64,000 bases of DNA from Pyrinomonadaceae bacterium (GTDB lineage Bacteria > Acidobacteriota > Blastocatellia > Pyrinomonadales > Pyrinomonadaceae), in NCBI GenBank assembly GCA_030841085.1, contig JAVEDP010000007.1, positions 15,129 through 79,128 of the forward strand. Direction: 5' to 3'. A program made the position numbers and the translations under genes. The stretch's first letter is position 1. The number at the start of each line of letters is the position of its first letter. The notes below the pieces were generated by a model. It had not been told where the DNA came from. It did not search any database and saw nothing but the letters and a program-made list of their open reading frames with translations. Shown here piece after piece: positions 35,929 through 45,163 of the stretch.

Positions 35929-35984
35929 GTGGCATAGACTTCAGTCTGTGTTGCGTGAGAAGCACAGACAAAAGTCTATGCCAC
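35929..35984. repeat. GGCACAGACTTTAGTCTGTGCC-family element (copy 3)
   Basis: GTGGCATAGACTTCAGTCTGTG ... CACAGACAAAAGTCTATGCCAC, starting 2 nt after the SCO stop codon. Confidence 0.85.
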
Positions 35985-36055
35985 ATTCGAGGGCTTAGCT
36001 TAAGAACTTCAGATTCAAGGATTACATTTTGTTTCGACTGGGCTTGATTTGAAGT

Positions 36056-36148
36056 CTCTGTGCGTCCTTTGTGTCCTTTGTGCCTCCGTGGTGGGTTCCT
36101 TCATACTTTCCATCACAGAGACGCAGAGGACACAAAGGACGCACAGAG
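36056..36148. repeat. Hairpin with TCCTTTGTG-repeat arms upstream of coxB
   Basis: CTCTGTGCGTCCTTTGTGTCCTTTGTGCCTC (36056-36086) pairs with CACAGAGACGCAGAGGACACAAAGGACGCACAGAG (36114-36148). Confidence 0.85.
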
Positions 36149-36199
36149 AAAAGCGAAACCAGATCGAACCGAACCGCGGGCACTAAACGAAGACGCAAT

Positions 36200-37219
36200 A
36201 TGCAGACATCCTGGATTCCATTTATTCCGGAAAGCGCTTCCACTGTTTCCAGCAAGGTGGACGCGCTCTACTTCTATCTTTCCGGCGTGACACTGTTTTT
36301 TACCCTGCTTATTTCCGGCACCATTATCTTTTTCGTTATCAAGTACCGCCGCCGTAGTCCGTTTGAGATTCCGCAGCCGATTGCGGGTTCACACAAACTG
36401 GAAACGATGTGGTCGGTTATTCCTTTCATCATTGCGATGAGCATGTTTGCCTGGGGCGCGCAGATCTATTTCGAAAATTCGCGGCCGCCAAAGAATGCCA
36501 ACGAAATTTACGTCGTCGGCAAGCAATGGATGTGGAAGATTCAACACTCAACCGGCCAGCGCGAGATCAATGAACTGCACGTGCCAGTGGGCCGCAAGAT
36601 CAAGTTGATCATGACCGCCGAAGATACGATTCACGACTTTTTCATTCCCGCGTTTCGCATTAAGGCCGACGTCTTGCCGGGCAAATACACTACGCAATGG
36701 TTCGAAGCGACCAAGGCCGGCACGTATCATCTTTTCTGCGCGGAATACTGCGGCATGAACCACTCGGGCATGATTGGTTCAGTAATTGTGATGCAACCTT
36801 CCGAGTTTGATAACTGGCTGAGCGGCAACGCGGGACAACAATCGCCGGCCGTTGCCGGGCAACAACTTTATCAATCGCTTGGCTGTATCACCTGTCATGG
36901 CGCGAATGGCGAAGGCGGGCGCGGTCCGGGGCTGGTCGGATTGTTCGGCCGCAAAGTAGACCTGACCAATGGACAATCGCTGACGGCGGATGAATCGTAT
37001 GTGCGCGAGTCGATCGAAAATCCGCAGGCCAAGATTGTTATGGGTTTTGGTCCAATCATGCCGACATTTCAGGGACAAGTGACACCCGAACAGTTGATTC
37101 AATTGATGTCGTTTATTAAGTCGTTACAAGTTACGGGCGCGCCTGCGGCGACCGCGCCGAGTCCGAAGTCAGCGCCGACGCCGGCGTCCGCGCCAACGGC
37201 GGCGCCAAATCGTCAGTAG
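36200..37219 (+). CDS. coxB: Cytochrome c oxidase subunit II with fused cytochrome c domain (caa3-type)
   Basis: Two TM helices, the CuA site [12 protein letters not shown] and a C-terminal CITCHG heme c motif. I chose the ATG at 36200; the upstream ORF extension is translated hairpin DNA. Confidence 0.94.
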   Translation: MQTSWIPFIPESASTVSSKVDALYFYLSGVTLFFTLLISGTIIFFVIKYRRRSPFEIPQPIAGSHKLETMWSVIPFIIAMSMFAWGAQIYFENSRPPKNANEIYVVGKQWMWKIQHSTGQREINELHVPVGRKIKLIMTAEDTIHDFFIPAFRIKADVLPGKYTTQWFEATKAGTYHLFCAEYCGMNHSGMIGSVIVMQPSEFDNWLSGNAGQQSPAVAGQQLYQSLGCITCHGANGEGGRGPGLVGLFGRKVDLTNGQSLTADESYVRESIENPQAKIVMGFGPIMPTFQGQVTPEQLIQLMSFIKSLQVTGAPAATAPSPKSAPTPASAPTAAPNRQ

Positions 37220-37224
37220 CATTT

Positions 37225-38913
37225 GTGATTATGAAAGCGATCGAAACATTTCAATTACCCAGCGCGGCGAAGGTTAACTACATCAACGCCGAGTATGGCC
37301 TGAAGTCCTGGCTGCTGACGAAGGACCATAAACGAATTGCGCTTTTATATCTCGGCTCGATCTCGTTTTTCTTTTTCCTCGGCGGACTCTACGCGATGTT
37401 CATCCGGCTTGAGCTGTTAACGCCGCAAGGCGACTTGCTCTCGTCCGCAACCTACAACAAGGTCTTCACTCAGCACGGAATCATAATGGTCTTTTTCTTT
37501 TTGATTCCGTCGATACCGGCGACGCTGGGAAATTTTTTGGTGCCTATGATGATTGGCGCCAAGGACCTGGCGTTTCCCCGCATCAACCTGCTCAGTTGGT
37601 ACATCTATCTGCTCGGCGGCTTTATTACGATTTATGCATTGCTCGCCGGCGGCGTCGACACGGGCTGGACTTTTTACGCGCCGTACAGCACGACTTTTTC
37701 CAACTCGTATGTAATTGCCGCGGGTTTGGGGATTTTTGTCAGCGGCTTTTCGTCAATTCTGACTGGCCTGAACTTCATCGTCACTATCCATACGATGCGT
37801 GCGCCCGGCATGACCTGGTTCCGTCTGCCGTTGTTCATCTGGGCACACTATGCCACATCGCTCGTGATGGTGTTGGGAACGCCGGTGATTGCAATCACGA
37901 TTTTGCTGCTGGCGTTCGAACGGTTGGCCCATGTGGGAATTTTCGATCCGGCAGCCGGTGGCGATCCGGTGCTGTTCCAGCACTTGTTCTGGTTTTACTC
38001 GCATCCTGCGGTGTACATCATGGTGCTGCCCAGCATGGGCGTGGTCAGTGAATTGATCGCCAACTTTTCGCGCAAAAATGTTTTTGGGTACAAGTTTGTA
38101 GCGTTCTCGAGTCTGGCGATCGCGGTCTTTGGTTTTCTGGTTTGGGGTCATCACTTATTTGTCGCCAGCCAGTCGGTCTACGCGGGAATGATCTTTTCGT
38201 TTCTGAGTTTCGCAGTCGCGATTCCTTCAGCGATCAAAGTCTTCAACTGGACGGCTACGCTCTACAAGGGTTCGATCTCTTATGACACGCCGATGCTTTA
38301 CGCGCTCGGTTTTATCGGCCTGTTCACTATCGGCGGCATGACCGGATTGTTTCTCGCGTCGCTAGCCGTTGATGTTCACGTCAGCGATACGTATTTCATC
38401 GTGGCGCACTTCCACTACATCATGGTTGGTGGCGCCCTGTTTGGTTACCTCGGCGGCTTGCATTATTGGTGGCCCAAAATCAGTGGCCGCATGTATCCGG
38501 AGGGTTGGGGCAGATTCTCGGCGCTGGTAATCTTCGTCGGTTTCAATCTGACGTTCATGCCGCAGTTTATTGCGGGTTACCTGGGTATGCCGCGCCGCTA
38601 TCACGCTTATCCGCCCGAGTTTCAAGTCTTCAATGTGTTGTCGTCAGCGGGCGCGTCGATATTGGGTTTCGGACTTTTGATACCGGCGATTTATCTGGTG
38701 TGGTCCATGCGTTATGGCAAACACGCGGAAGCAAACCCCTGGCATTTGCCGGGGTTGGAGTGGCGCACCGCTTCGCCGCCGCCCACAGAAAATTTTTTGG
38801 TAACGCCGGTAGTCACTTGGGAAGCGTACGAGTTTGCGCCGCCTGAAGAGATGCAGGTGGTAGGGAAGTTAAAAGGCGAAGGGTTGGAAGTGGCGGATGT
38901 GAGTGAGAAGTAG
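37225..38913 (+). CDS. coxA: Cytochrome c oxidase subunit I
   Basis: 562 aa with 12 TM helices and heme-copper motifs ([13 protein letters not shown], the HFHY region). The start is GTG 37225 or ATG 37231. Confidence 0.96.
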   Translation: MIMKAIETFQLPSAAKVNYINAEYGLKSWLLTKDHKRIALLYLGSISFFFFLGGLYAMFIRLELLTPQGDLLSSATYNKVFTQHGIIMVFFFLIPSIPATLGNFLVPMMIGAKDLAFPRINLLSWYIYLLGGFITIYALLAGGVDTGWTFYAPYSTTFSNSYVIAAGLGIFVSGFSSILTGLNFIVTIHTMRAPGMTWFRLPLFIWAHYATSLVMVLGTPVIAITILLLAFERLAHVGIFDPAAGGDPVLFQHLFWFYSHPAVYIMVLPSMGVVSELIANFSRKNVFGYKFVAFSSLAIAVFGFLVWGHHLFVASQSVYAGMIFSFLSFAVAIPSAIKVFNWTATLYKGSISYDTPMLYALGFIGLFTIGGMTGLFLASLAVDVHVSDTYFIVAHFHYIMVGGALFGYLGGLHYWWPKISGRMYPEGWGRFSALVIFVGFNLTFMPQFIAGYLGMPRRYHAYPPEFQVFNVLSSAGASILGFGLLIPAIYLVWSMRYGKHAEANPWHLPGLEWRTASPPPTENFLVTPVVTWEAYEFAPPEEMQVVGKLKGEGLEVADVSEK

Positions 38914-38990
38914 AAGGCAGTAGGCAGTAGGCAGAAGGCAGAGAGAAACAGCGAACCTGCTTGAAACTTGTAACTTGAAACTTGAAACTG
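38911..38990. repeat. Two adjacent heptamer arrays (GGCAGTA-type, then CTTGAAA-type) with no inverted partner
   Basis: 38913-38945 is a GGCAG(T/A)A array and 38960-38990 is a CTTGAAA/CTTGTAA array. The two arrays are not complementary to each other. They lie in the coxA-coxC gap. Confidence 0.85.
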
Positions 38991-38997
38991 GATAGAG

Positions 38998-39714
38998 ATG
39001 GCAGACAGCGTCGCAATTAAACACGAGGCAAGCCACCCGGCTTTGCAGCATCACTTTGAGAACCTCGAGCAACAGCGCGAGGCGGCCTCGCTGGGCATGT
39101 GGGTTTTTCTGGTCACCGAGATCATGTTTTTCGGTGGGATGTTTTTTGCCTACACGCTTTATCGCACTAAGTATCCCGCTGCTTTCGCTTCCGCCAGCAA
39201 TCATCTTTCACTGCCGCTCGGAGCAATCAATACGGCCGTGCTGATCTTCAGCAGTTTTACGATGGCGATGGCGGTGTACAGCGCGCAAACAGGGAAGCGC
39301 CGCAATCAGGTTGTGTGTTTGGCATTGACGATTCTGCTGGGCGTGACATTTCTGGGAATTAAGGCGGTCGAATACCACGACAAATACGTCGACCATTTGA
39401 TTCCAGGAAGATTGATACCCGGCCGTCCATTTAGCGCCAGCGACGTTCATCTGTTGCCTGGAGCGGCGCCGCAAAATGTCGAGATGTTCTACTGGATCTA
39501 TTTCGCAATGACCGGCATGCATGCCGTGCATATGATCATTGGAGTGGGACTGCTGTCGGTGATCCTATTTTTCGCAGCGCGCGGCAAGTATGGACCGGAA
39601 TATCATAACCCGGTTGAAATTTCCGGACTGTACTGGCACTTCGTCGATATCATTTGGATCTTTTTGTTTCCGCTGCTGTACCTGCTGGGCCGGCACCTTG
39701 AACACGGGGGATAG
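38998..39714 (+). CDS. coxC: Cytochrome c oxidase subunit III
   Basis: 238 aa with 5-7 TM helices and subunit III-like motifs (FFGGMF, YWHFVDIIW). Confidence 0.92.
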   Translation: MADSVAIKHEASHPALQHHFENLEQQREAASLGMWVFLVTEIMFFGGMFFAYTLYRTKYPAAFASASNHLSLPLGAINTAVLIFSSFTMAMAVYSAQTGKRRNQVVCLALTILLGVTFLGIKAVEYHDKYVDHLIPGRLIPGRPFSASDVHLLPGAAPQNVEMFYWIYFAMTGMHAVHMIIGVGLLSVILFFAARGKYGPEYHNPVEISGLYWHFVDIIWIFLFPLLYLLGRHLEHGG

Positions 39715-39749
39715 GTGAGGTGAAATTGGGAAGCGAGAAAGAAAAGCAA

Positions 39750-39886
39750 GATTTACCATTTGCCATTTGCCATTTCTCATTTTTCATTTCGGTTTATGTG
39801 CGCACGTTCCCGCAGTTATAAAAAGTGGACACCAACAACAAATGAAAAATGGCAAATGGAAAATGGCAAATGGCAAATGGTAAATC
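39750..39886. repeat. Heptamer-armed hairpin (CCATTTG-type), copy 2, coxC-coxD gap
   Basis: The left arm (39750-39790) and right arm (39840-39886) are complementary CCATTT(N)/AAATGG(N) arrays. Confidence 0.9.
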
Positions 39887-39917
39887 GTTCTTAGCGTTCG
39901 ATCGGTAAATACTTCTA

Positions 39918-40205
39918 ATGAGCGAACATATCGTTTCACTCAAAATCTACCTAAGCATTTTTCTTGCCTTGCTGGTCGGCACGGCCTTGACCGTCTGGGC
40001 CGGCCTGCACGATTTCCCTGGACAGTTGAATGTGATTATTGCTTTGACGATCGCGGTAGTAAAAGCGACGCTGGTCGTGCTTTATTTCATGCACGTTCGT
40101 TATAGCTCGCGGCTGATTTGGGTTGTCTTTACCTCGGCGTTGTTTTGGCTGGCTATTCTCTTCGCGCTCACTTTGAGCGACTATTGGACCAGAAGCTGGC
40201 TCTAG
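39918..40205 (+). CDS. coxD: Cytochrome c oxidase subunit IV (prokaryotic COX4-like)
   Basis: 95 aa with three TM helices and the VKATLVVLYFMHV motif. Confidence 0.85.
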   Translation: MSEHIVSLKIYLSIFLALLVGTALTVWAGLHDFPGQLNVIIALTIAVVKATLVVLYFMHVRYSSRLIWVVFTSALFWLAILFALTLSDYWTRSWL

Positions 40206-40299
40206 TCGTTCAACTCCCCACCGAAAACCTGTCCCAGTATAGCGATCCCCCGTCGCTGCTGTGCAGTTCCGCCCTTCATCGGTATAATCACCGTTTCCT

Positions 40300-41328
40300 A
40301 TGACGACAGAATTGGCGACAAACAGCATGCAAACAGCATTTGAACAGTTTCTTGAGCGCCAGAGCGAAGAAGCCTGGGCCGCAACCTTAACCACTTTGCT
40401 TCGCTCGATTCACGAAGTTGATAAGAACGCGACGCAGATTTGGTTCGCGTTCTATCCTCTTTCATTGTTCACGGCTTTGCAGCAGGCCGAGGACAAAGAT
40501 GAGCTGGCGAAACAACTGCTGATGCAGGGCCACTACGAACTCAAGGACCAGATCGATTCGTCACACACATTTCTTTACGGCCACCGTTATTGGCCGCAGG
40601 TAAAGAAAGCGGTAGAGGCTTTCGCGGAAACCTTCGCTGCCGACAGCGCCGCGCAGCTTTCGGATCAGATTTTGGAAGTGGCGGGCCAGACTGCGGCCAG
40701 TTTGAAGGTCGATGTGTCGCTGTTGGTTGGCATCACGGCTGTGGGGTTCATGACAATGCAACAGGCCGGACTTGCAAACTTCAAGAGCGCGCCGGGCGCA
40801 ATGCTGCTCGATAAAAAACACGCGAAGCGATCGGCTGATCAGATTCTCGGCGAGCGCGCGAAAGATGACAGTCAGGGACTGCTCGGTTTTCTGAAAACGG
40901 TCGATAAGAAATGGACCGTCACTTACGACGAAAACGATGCGGCAGCCAATTACAAGATGAACCACGATCAGGATATGGCCTGGGGCGCGTCCGACGATCG
41001 CACGCGCAATTGGCGCGAGATCGATCCTCGTCGTCCCGAAGGTCCGATTCCGGTTGAATGCCGTTCCGCATCCTGCGGCACGTGTTGGGTAGGCGTGTTG
41101 GGCGGTGCAGAAAAACTTTCTGACGTGGCCGTGCGCGAAGGAAAAAAGATCAAGGAGTTTGGTTACATCGATACGACCGAACCTAAGCCTTTGATTCGAC
41201 TTGCCTGTCAGGCGAAAACTTTCGGCGCCGTTTCCATTGTCATCCCACCGTGGAATGGCGTGTTTGGGAAGTACTTAAAATCGAGGAACGATACCGGCGA
41301 AACGGACACCTTTGGTGATGTCGGATGA
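40300..41328 (+). CDS. Two-domain protein: unknown helical N-terminal domain plus C-terminal plant-type 2Fe-2S ferredoxin domain
   Basis: The C-terminal region has CRSASCGTCWV (C-x4-C-x2-C) and a distal RLACQ cysteine. I recognise no motif in the first 210 aa or so. Confidence 0.7.
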   Translation: MTTELATNSMQTAFEQFLERQSEEAWAATLTTLLRSIHEVDKNATQIWFAFYPLSLFTALQQAEDKDELAKQLLMQGHYELKDQIDSSHTFLYGHRYWPQVKKAVEAFAETFAADSAAQLSDQILEVAGQTAASLKVDVSLLVGITAVGFMTMQQAGLANFKSAPGAMLLDKKHAKRSADQILGERAKDDSQGLLGFLKTVDKKWTVTYDENDAAANYKMNHDQDMAWGASDDRTRNWREIDPRRPEGPIPVECRSASCGTCWVGVLGGAEKLSDVAVREGKKIKEFGYIDTTEPKPLIRLACQAKTFGAVSIVIPPWNGVFGKYLKSRNDTGETDTFGDVG

Positions 41329-41338
41329 GGAAATTGGG

Positions 41339-41551
41339 TTAAGCGACTACAGCGATCTTTTCTACCTCAGCATCAACTGTTTGAATGATGGACTGGATAG
41401 AATCTACTTCCTGTCCCTCAAAATACACTTCACCACATTGGCTACAAATCCAGGCAGCGATTCTATCGAGAACGAGATGATAGCCATTCCGATCCACATG
41501 AAATGGAGCCGCACCCCGCTTCATCTTGCCCTTACACTGGATACATTTCAT
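41339..41551 (-). CDS. YgiT/MqsA-type zinc-ribbon protein (putative antitoxin)
   Basis: 70 aa: MKCIQCKGKM ... WICSQCGEVYF (CxxC...CxxC). It overlaps the upstream DUF4258-like gene by 4 nt. Confidence 0.7.
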   Translation of the reverse strand: MKCIQCKGKMKRGAAPFHVDRNGYHLVLDRIAAWICSQCGEVYFEGQEVDSIQSIIQTVDAEVEKIAVVA

Positions 41552-42315
41552 CGCTTTATCCTCACTCTGAAATCATTTGACCACTCATCCTCATTTGGTA
41601 TATACGCGGTGATAATAGCCAGAAAATCCGGTTTAGGCGAGCAAACCAAGTGGATCGGGCGGCCGGTTGCCCCATAACCAAGCATCAGGCAACTCGGGCC
41701 TCGAGGATCGTCAGGATAGTTCTCGATTACTTCGCCACTCGCGATAACAGTTCGCACTTCTGATGTGGTTATCATCCGATCTGGTCGCGACATTTGCCTC
41801 ACTGCGTGTGAAAGAAAGAGAATCTGTTGTGCACCGGACGACCGGACGCTCTCCCGAACCACTTCAAACTCAAGCTGCTGATTGCCGCCCGTACTTTCGA
41901 GTGGTTGATATGCGCTACCGTCCATCACCCCGTGAGGATTAAAGTAAACCGAGCTCAGTTGTCTTGGGGGTGTGATTAGGATTACCGAGTCAATATTTAC
42001 ACCCTCCCCTTTGAGACTCTCTTCGAGCAGCTTTCGATCCTCAGTTTCGTTGCGACTGAGAGAAACGTGATAGCCCCATTCACTGCCGAGTTCTGCGTCG
42101 TAGTGCGTCTCAACCGTCAACACCCATCCGTCTGGGTAGGAAATTTCTGTGTCTTGTAAAATAGCAAATTTGCCGCGAGCATCTTTATCGATGCCCGTGA
42201 CCGTCGGGAGAAATCTCATCCCGTAAAAGGTGAAGACAAAAGTGTCACAATCGAAGAAGCCTTCAACTTCGGCGTCACTAATCTGGACTCTAAATGGTCG
42301 CGCCTTAATAGGCAT
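41548..42315 (-). CDS. DUF4258-like toxin domain fused to an unknown N-terminal domain of about 160 aa
   Basis: The C-terminal 95 aa or so (ILFLSHAVRQMSRPDRMITTSEVRTVIASGEVIENYPDDPRGPSCLMLGY...) resembles DUF4258. I recognise no motif in the N-terminal part. GC was about 42-45% in two 60-nt blocks counted by hand. Confidence 0.65.
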   Translation of the reverse strand: MPIKARPFRVQISDAEVEGFFDCDTFVFTFYGMRFLPTVTGIDKDARGKFAILQDTEISYPDGWVLTVETHYDAELGSEWGYHVSLSRNETEDRKLLEESLKGEGVNIDSVILITPPRQLSSVYFNPHGVMDGSAYQPLESTGGNQQLEFEVVRESVRSSGAQQILFLSHAVRQMSRPDRMITTSEVRTVIASGEVIENYPDDPRGPSCLMLGYGATGRPIHLVCSPKPDFLAIITAYIPNEDEWSNDFRVRIKR

Positions 42316-42414
42316 AATGCGTTACTGAATTCGCTTAAACAAGATTCGAATACATACGTAGAAAAAAGTTCGCATAAATCTATTCTAAGATCTTGAGTAC
42401 GGTAACATATCGCA

Positions 42415-43302
42415 ATGTTCCGATTGAATCATCGCGACTACAGGTCGCAATTTTCCCCGCTGCTGCTTGTTCTTGCCGCCGCAATTCTCTGGAGCACCGG
42501 CGGGCTCTTCATTAAATGGGTCACGCTGTCCGGGCTCGAGCTTTCGTTCGGGCGTTCGTTATTCGCGGCAATCACTGTTGCCATCTTCACGCGTCGCGAA
42601 GGCTTTGGCTTAAATCTGGTCACCGCGCTGGCGTCCGTACTTTACGCGGCGCTGTTGCTGCTGTTCGTGTTGGCAACGAAAGAAACCACGGCGGCCAACG
42701 CGATTTTTTTGCAATACACGGCGCCGGTCTATCTGCTTATCTTTGAACCGCTGTTCTACAAGGAAAAGTTTCGCTCGCGAGATTTGGTTGTTGTGATTTT
42801 TTGCGTGCTGGGCATGTCGCTCTTTTTTGTCGGCAAGCTACGTCCTCAGGATGTTACGGGAAATCTGCTGGCGCTTGGTTCCGGCTTCTGCTTCGCCTGT
42901 TATTTTCTGTTGTTGCGGCACACTCAGGCGCGTGAGGTTAACCGGGCATCGTCCGTAATCTACGGCAATCTCTTACTGGTAATAATTGCAGCGCCGGCGG
43001 CACTGAAAGTGCTGCCGGACATTTCCAGATTCGATGCAGCCGGGATTGTCTATCTTGGCGTCGTGCAAATAGGCGTTGCCTATACGCTGTTCACGTTGGC
43101 GATGGCGCGCGGCGTTCGTTCACTCGACGCGGGCATCGTTGGTTACGTCGAGCCGGTGCTGAATCCAATTTGGGTTTTTCTGGCAATTCGTGAGCGGCCA
43201 ACTTCGTGGGCCATTTTCGGCGGGGCCATTATTGTCGCGGCAGTCATCGGTCACATGTTGTTGGAGGCGCGTAGTGGCAAGCGAACAGTTGATCTGGCGT
43301 GA
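42415..43302 (+). CDS. EamA/DMT-family transporter
   Basis: 295 aa with about 10 TM helices and two EamA-like halves. Confidence 0.85.
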   Translation: MFRLNHRDYRSQFSPLLLVLAAAILWSTGGLFIKWVTLSGLELSFGRSLFAAITVAIFTRREGFGLNLVTALASVLYAALLLLFVLATKETTAANAIFLQYTAPVYLLIFEPLFYKEKFRSRDLVVVIFCVLGMSLFFVGKLRPQDVTGNLLALGSGFCFACYFLLLRHTQAREVNRASSVIYGNLLLVIIAAPAALKVLPDISRFDAAGIVYLGVVQIGVAYTLFTLAMARGVRSLDAGIVGYVEPVLNPIWVFLAIRERPTSWAIFGGAIIVAAVIGHMLLEARSGKRTVDLA

Positions 43303-43310
43303 AATTGTTT

Positions 43311-43443
43311 TATCCGCAGATTACGCAGATTTCACAGATTAGAATTAAACAGATCATTCAAATTGATAGCGTGGGTTGTAAGAGGCAATCAGGTGAAGCA
43401 ATGGTTCATTTTGCTTCTGCGTAATCTGTGTAATCTGCGGATA
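43311..43443. repeat. TATCCGCAGATTACGCAGATTTCACAGATT-family hairpin (copy 2)
   Basis: The left arm (43311-43340) is identical to 1030-1059. The right arm (43417-43443) is complementary. It lies between convergent genes. Confidence 0.85.
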
Positions 43444-43449
43444 CTGTCT

Positions 43450-44424
43450 TCACCCGCCATCCGCGCGCTGCTTGGCTGCAGCCGCCACCGCCGCCAGTCG
43501 TTGTACTTTCTGTTCGAAAGTTTCGCCGGCAACTGGACCTGTATCAGTTACGCCGCAGTAGGTAGAGCGCAGCATGAGAGTGCGATCGGCTTGTCCGGTG
43601 GGTTTATGCTCAGTTGTTGCAGGCGTCGCGGAAACAGGTGGAGCGGAAGCGACAACTTCAGGTGTCGCGACTGATGGAACTTCTGCAGACGCACTCTGAT
43701 CCGGCGCCGCTTCCACGGGAGCCCCAGCCGGAGCGACTGGACCACCGCCTTCTTCCGCGCGCCGTTTCGCCGCGTCCGACACGGCCTTTAGCCGCGCAAC
43801 TTTCTGTTCAAAAGTTTCGCCAGCAACCGGCCCGGTATCTACCACTCCTGAATAAGTTGTTCGAAGGAATAATTGCCGGTTTGGTTCCGCGCCGGCTTTG
43901 GCTGCTGGCTTTGCCGCCGCCGGAGTCGCCGCTCTTGCTGCGGCAGGTGCAGCCGTTTTGGCCGCAGCCGGTGCTGCGGTTGTCGCCGCTGGCATTGCAG
44001 GTTTCGCGGCGGGTGCGTACGCAGCGGTTGTTTCCATTATGAAAACGCCGCGTGCATCTTTCTTAATCACCGGCAAAGTGCCGCCGGCAGCTTGCAGTAA
44101 TGCGGATAATTCTGCCTCTACAAAACGATGCTGCTTTTGCGGATCGCGCACATGGCCCAACGGTGGTCCCATGTAGTACGTGCCGCACGTCTGGCATTTG
44201 AACAACACGTCATCACCGCGCAGATGGACTTCGGCAGGCTCACCTGCCGTCTTCAACTGTTTGAGGTGACCCCAGCAGGGTTTCCCTTTCTCATTTTTCT
44301 CGTTGCAGACGGTTTGCGCGTTGGTGATTCTTTTCGGAACCGGCGCCGTGGTGGCCGTCGACACCTGTTTGTCAGAACTTGCTTCGGAGGCAGTTGCGGT
44401 CATAAGCGTATCTTGATGCGCCAA
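43450..44424 (-). CDS. Zinc-ribbon protein with Ala/Pro linkers and a duplicated C-terminal module, function unknown
   Basis: N-terminal C-x9-C ... CxxC (CNEKNEKGKPC, CQTC). There are two copies of (L/M)LR(T/S)TY(S/C)GV.DTGPVAGETFEQKV.RL.AV..AAK.RA. Confidence 0.6.
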   Translation of the reverse strand: MAHQDTLMTATASEASSDKQVSTATTAPVPKRITNAQTVCNEKNEKGKPCWGHLKQLKTAGEPAEVHLRGDDVLFKCQTCGTYYMGPPLGHVRDPQKQHRFVEAELSALLQAAGGTLPVIKKDARGVFIMETTAAYAPAAKPAMPAATTAAPAAAKTAAPAAARAATPAAAKPAAKAGAEPNRQLFLRTTYSGVVDTGPVAGETFEQKVARLKAVSDAAKRRAEEGGGPVAPAGAPVEAAPDQSASAEVPSVATPEVVASAPPVSATPATTEHKPTGQADRTLMLRSTYCGVTDTGPVAGETFEQKVQRLAAVAAAAKQRADGG

Positions 44425-44531
44425 TAGTTGAAAGTGTTTACAAAACGAATCTTACCCAGTTGAGCAAATCGACGTCAATGAAGATAGCGAGGTTGCTCGT
44501 TACAAATTTCGCCGTGGTATCCTGAACAGAA

Positions 44532-45005
44532 ATGTTTAAAGACCTGGCCGGCGCAATTTGGCGGCGAACGCCTGCAATACTAAAAAGATGGGGAATGCGT
44601 TTTACGCAGACGCGTTTCACTGTGACCGCCGGGGCTATTATTACGAACAGCGAAGGACGCGTGTTGCTGCTGCACCATCGTTTTCGTCCCGGGTCGGGTT
44701 GGGGAATACCGGGCGGCTTCATCAAACGAGGCGAACAACCCGACCAGGCGTTGCGTCGCGAGTTGCGCGAAGAAGTCGGTTTAGAAATCGAGGACCTGAC
44801 TTTGTTCAAAACTCGCGCGTTCAGAAAAGCGCGCCAGGTCGAGATCATTTTCCGCTGCCGCGCGCGAGGCGAAACCGAACAACTAAGTTTCGAGATCAAA
44901 CGGCTGGCCTGGTTTGACCCGCAGGAGTTGCCGAAAGCGTTGCCGCCGGACCAAGCCGAGTTAATCAAGTTAGCGGTCGCCGATGGAGCAGAAACGCATG
45001 ATTGA
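44532..45005 (+). CDS. NUDIX hydrolase
   Basis: Exact Nudix box fit: GFIKRGEQPDQALRRELREEVGL (G-x5-E-x7-REUxEExGU). Confidence 0.9.
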   Translation: MFKDLAGAIWRRTPAILKRWGMRFTQTRFTVTAGAIITNSEGRVLLLHHRFRPGSGWGIPGGFIKRGEQPDQALRRELREEVGLEIEDLTLFKTRAFRKARQVEIIFRCRARGETEQLSFEIKRLAWFDPQELPKALPPDQAELIKLAVADGAETHD

Positions 45006-45027
45006 TGTATGCTGTGCAACGAATAAA

Positions 45028-45140
45028 AGTACTGAGTACTGAGTACTGAGTGCTGAGTACTGAGTACTGAGTAAGTGAGGCGCACCGATTCAAGTTGCAT
45101 TAACTCACACTCAGTACTCAGTACTCAGTACTCAGCACTC
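45028..45140. repeat. Heptamer-armed hairpin (GTACTGA-type)
   Basis: The left arm (45028-45079) holds about 7 units of AGTACTG. The right arm (45104-45140) is its complement. Confidence 0.9.
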
Positions 45141-45163
45141 CACACTTTGGGCCGGAGAATAAA

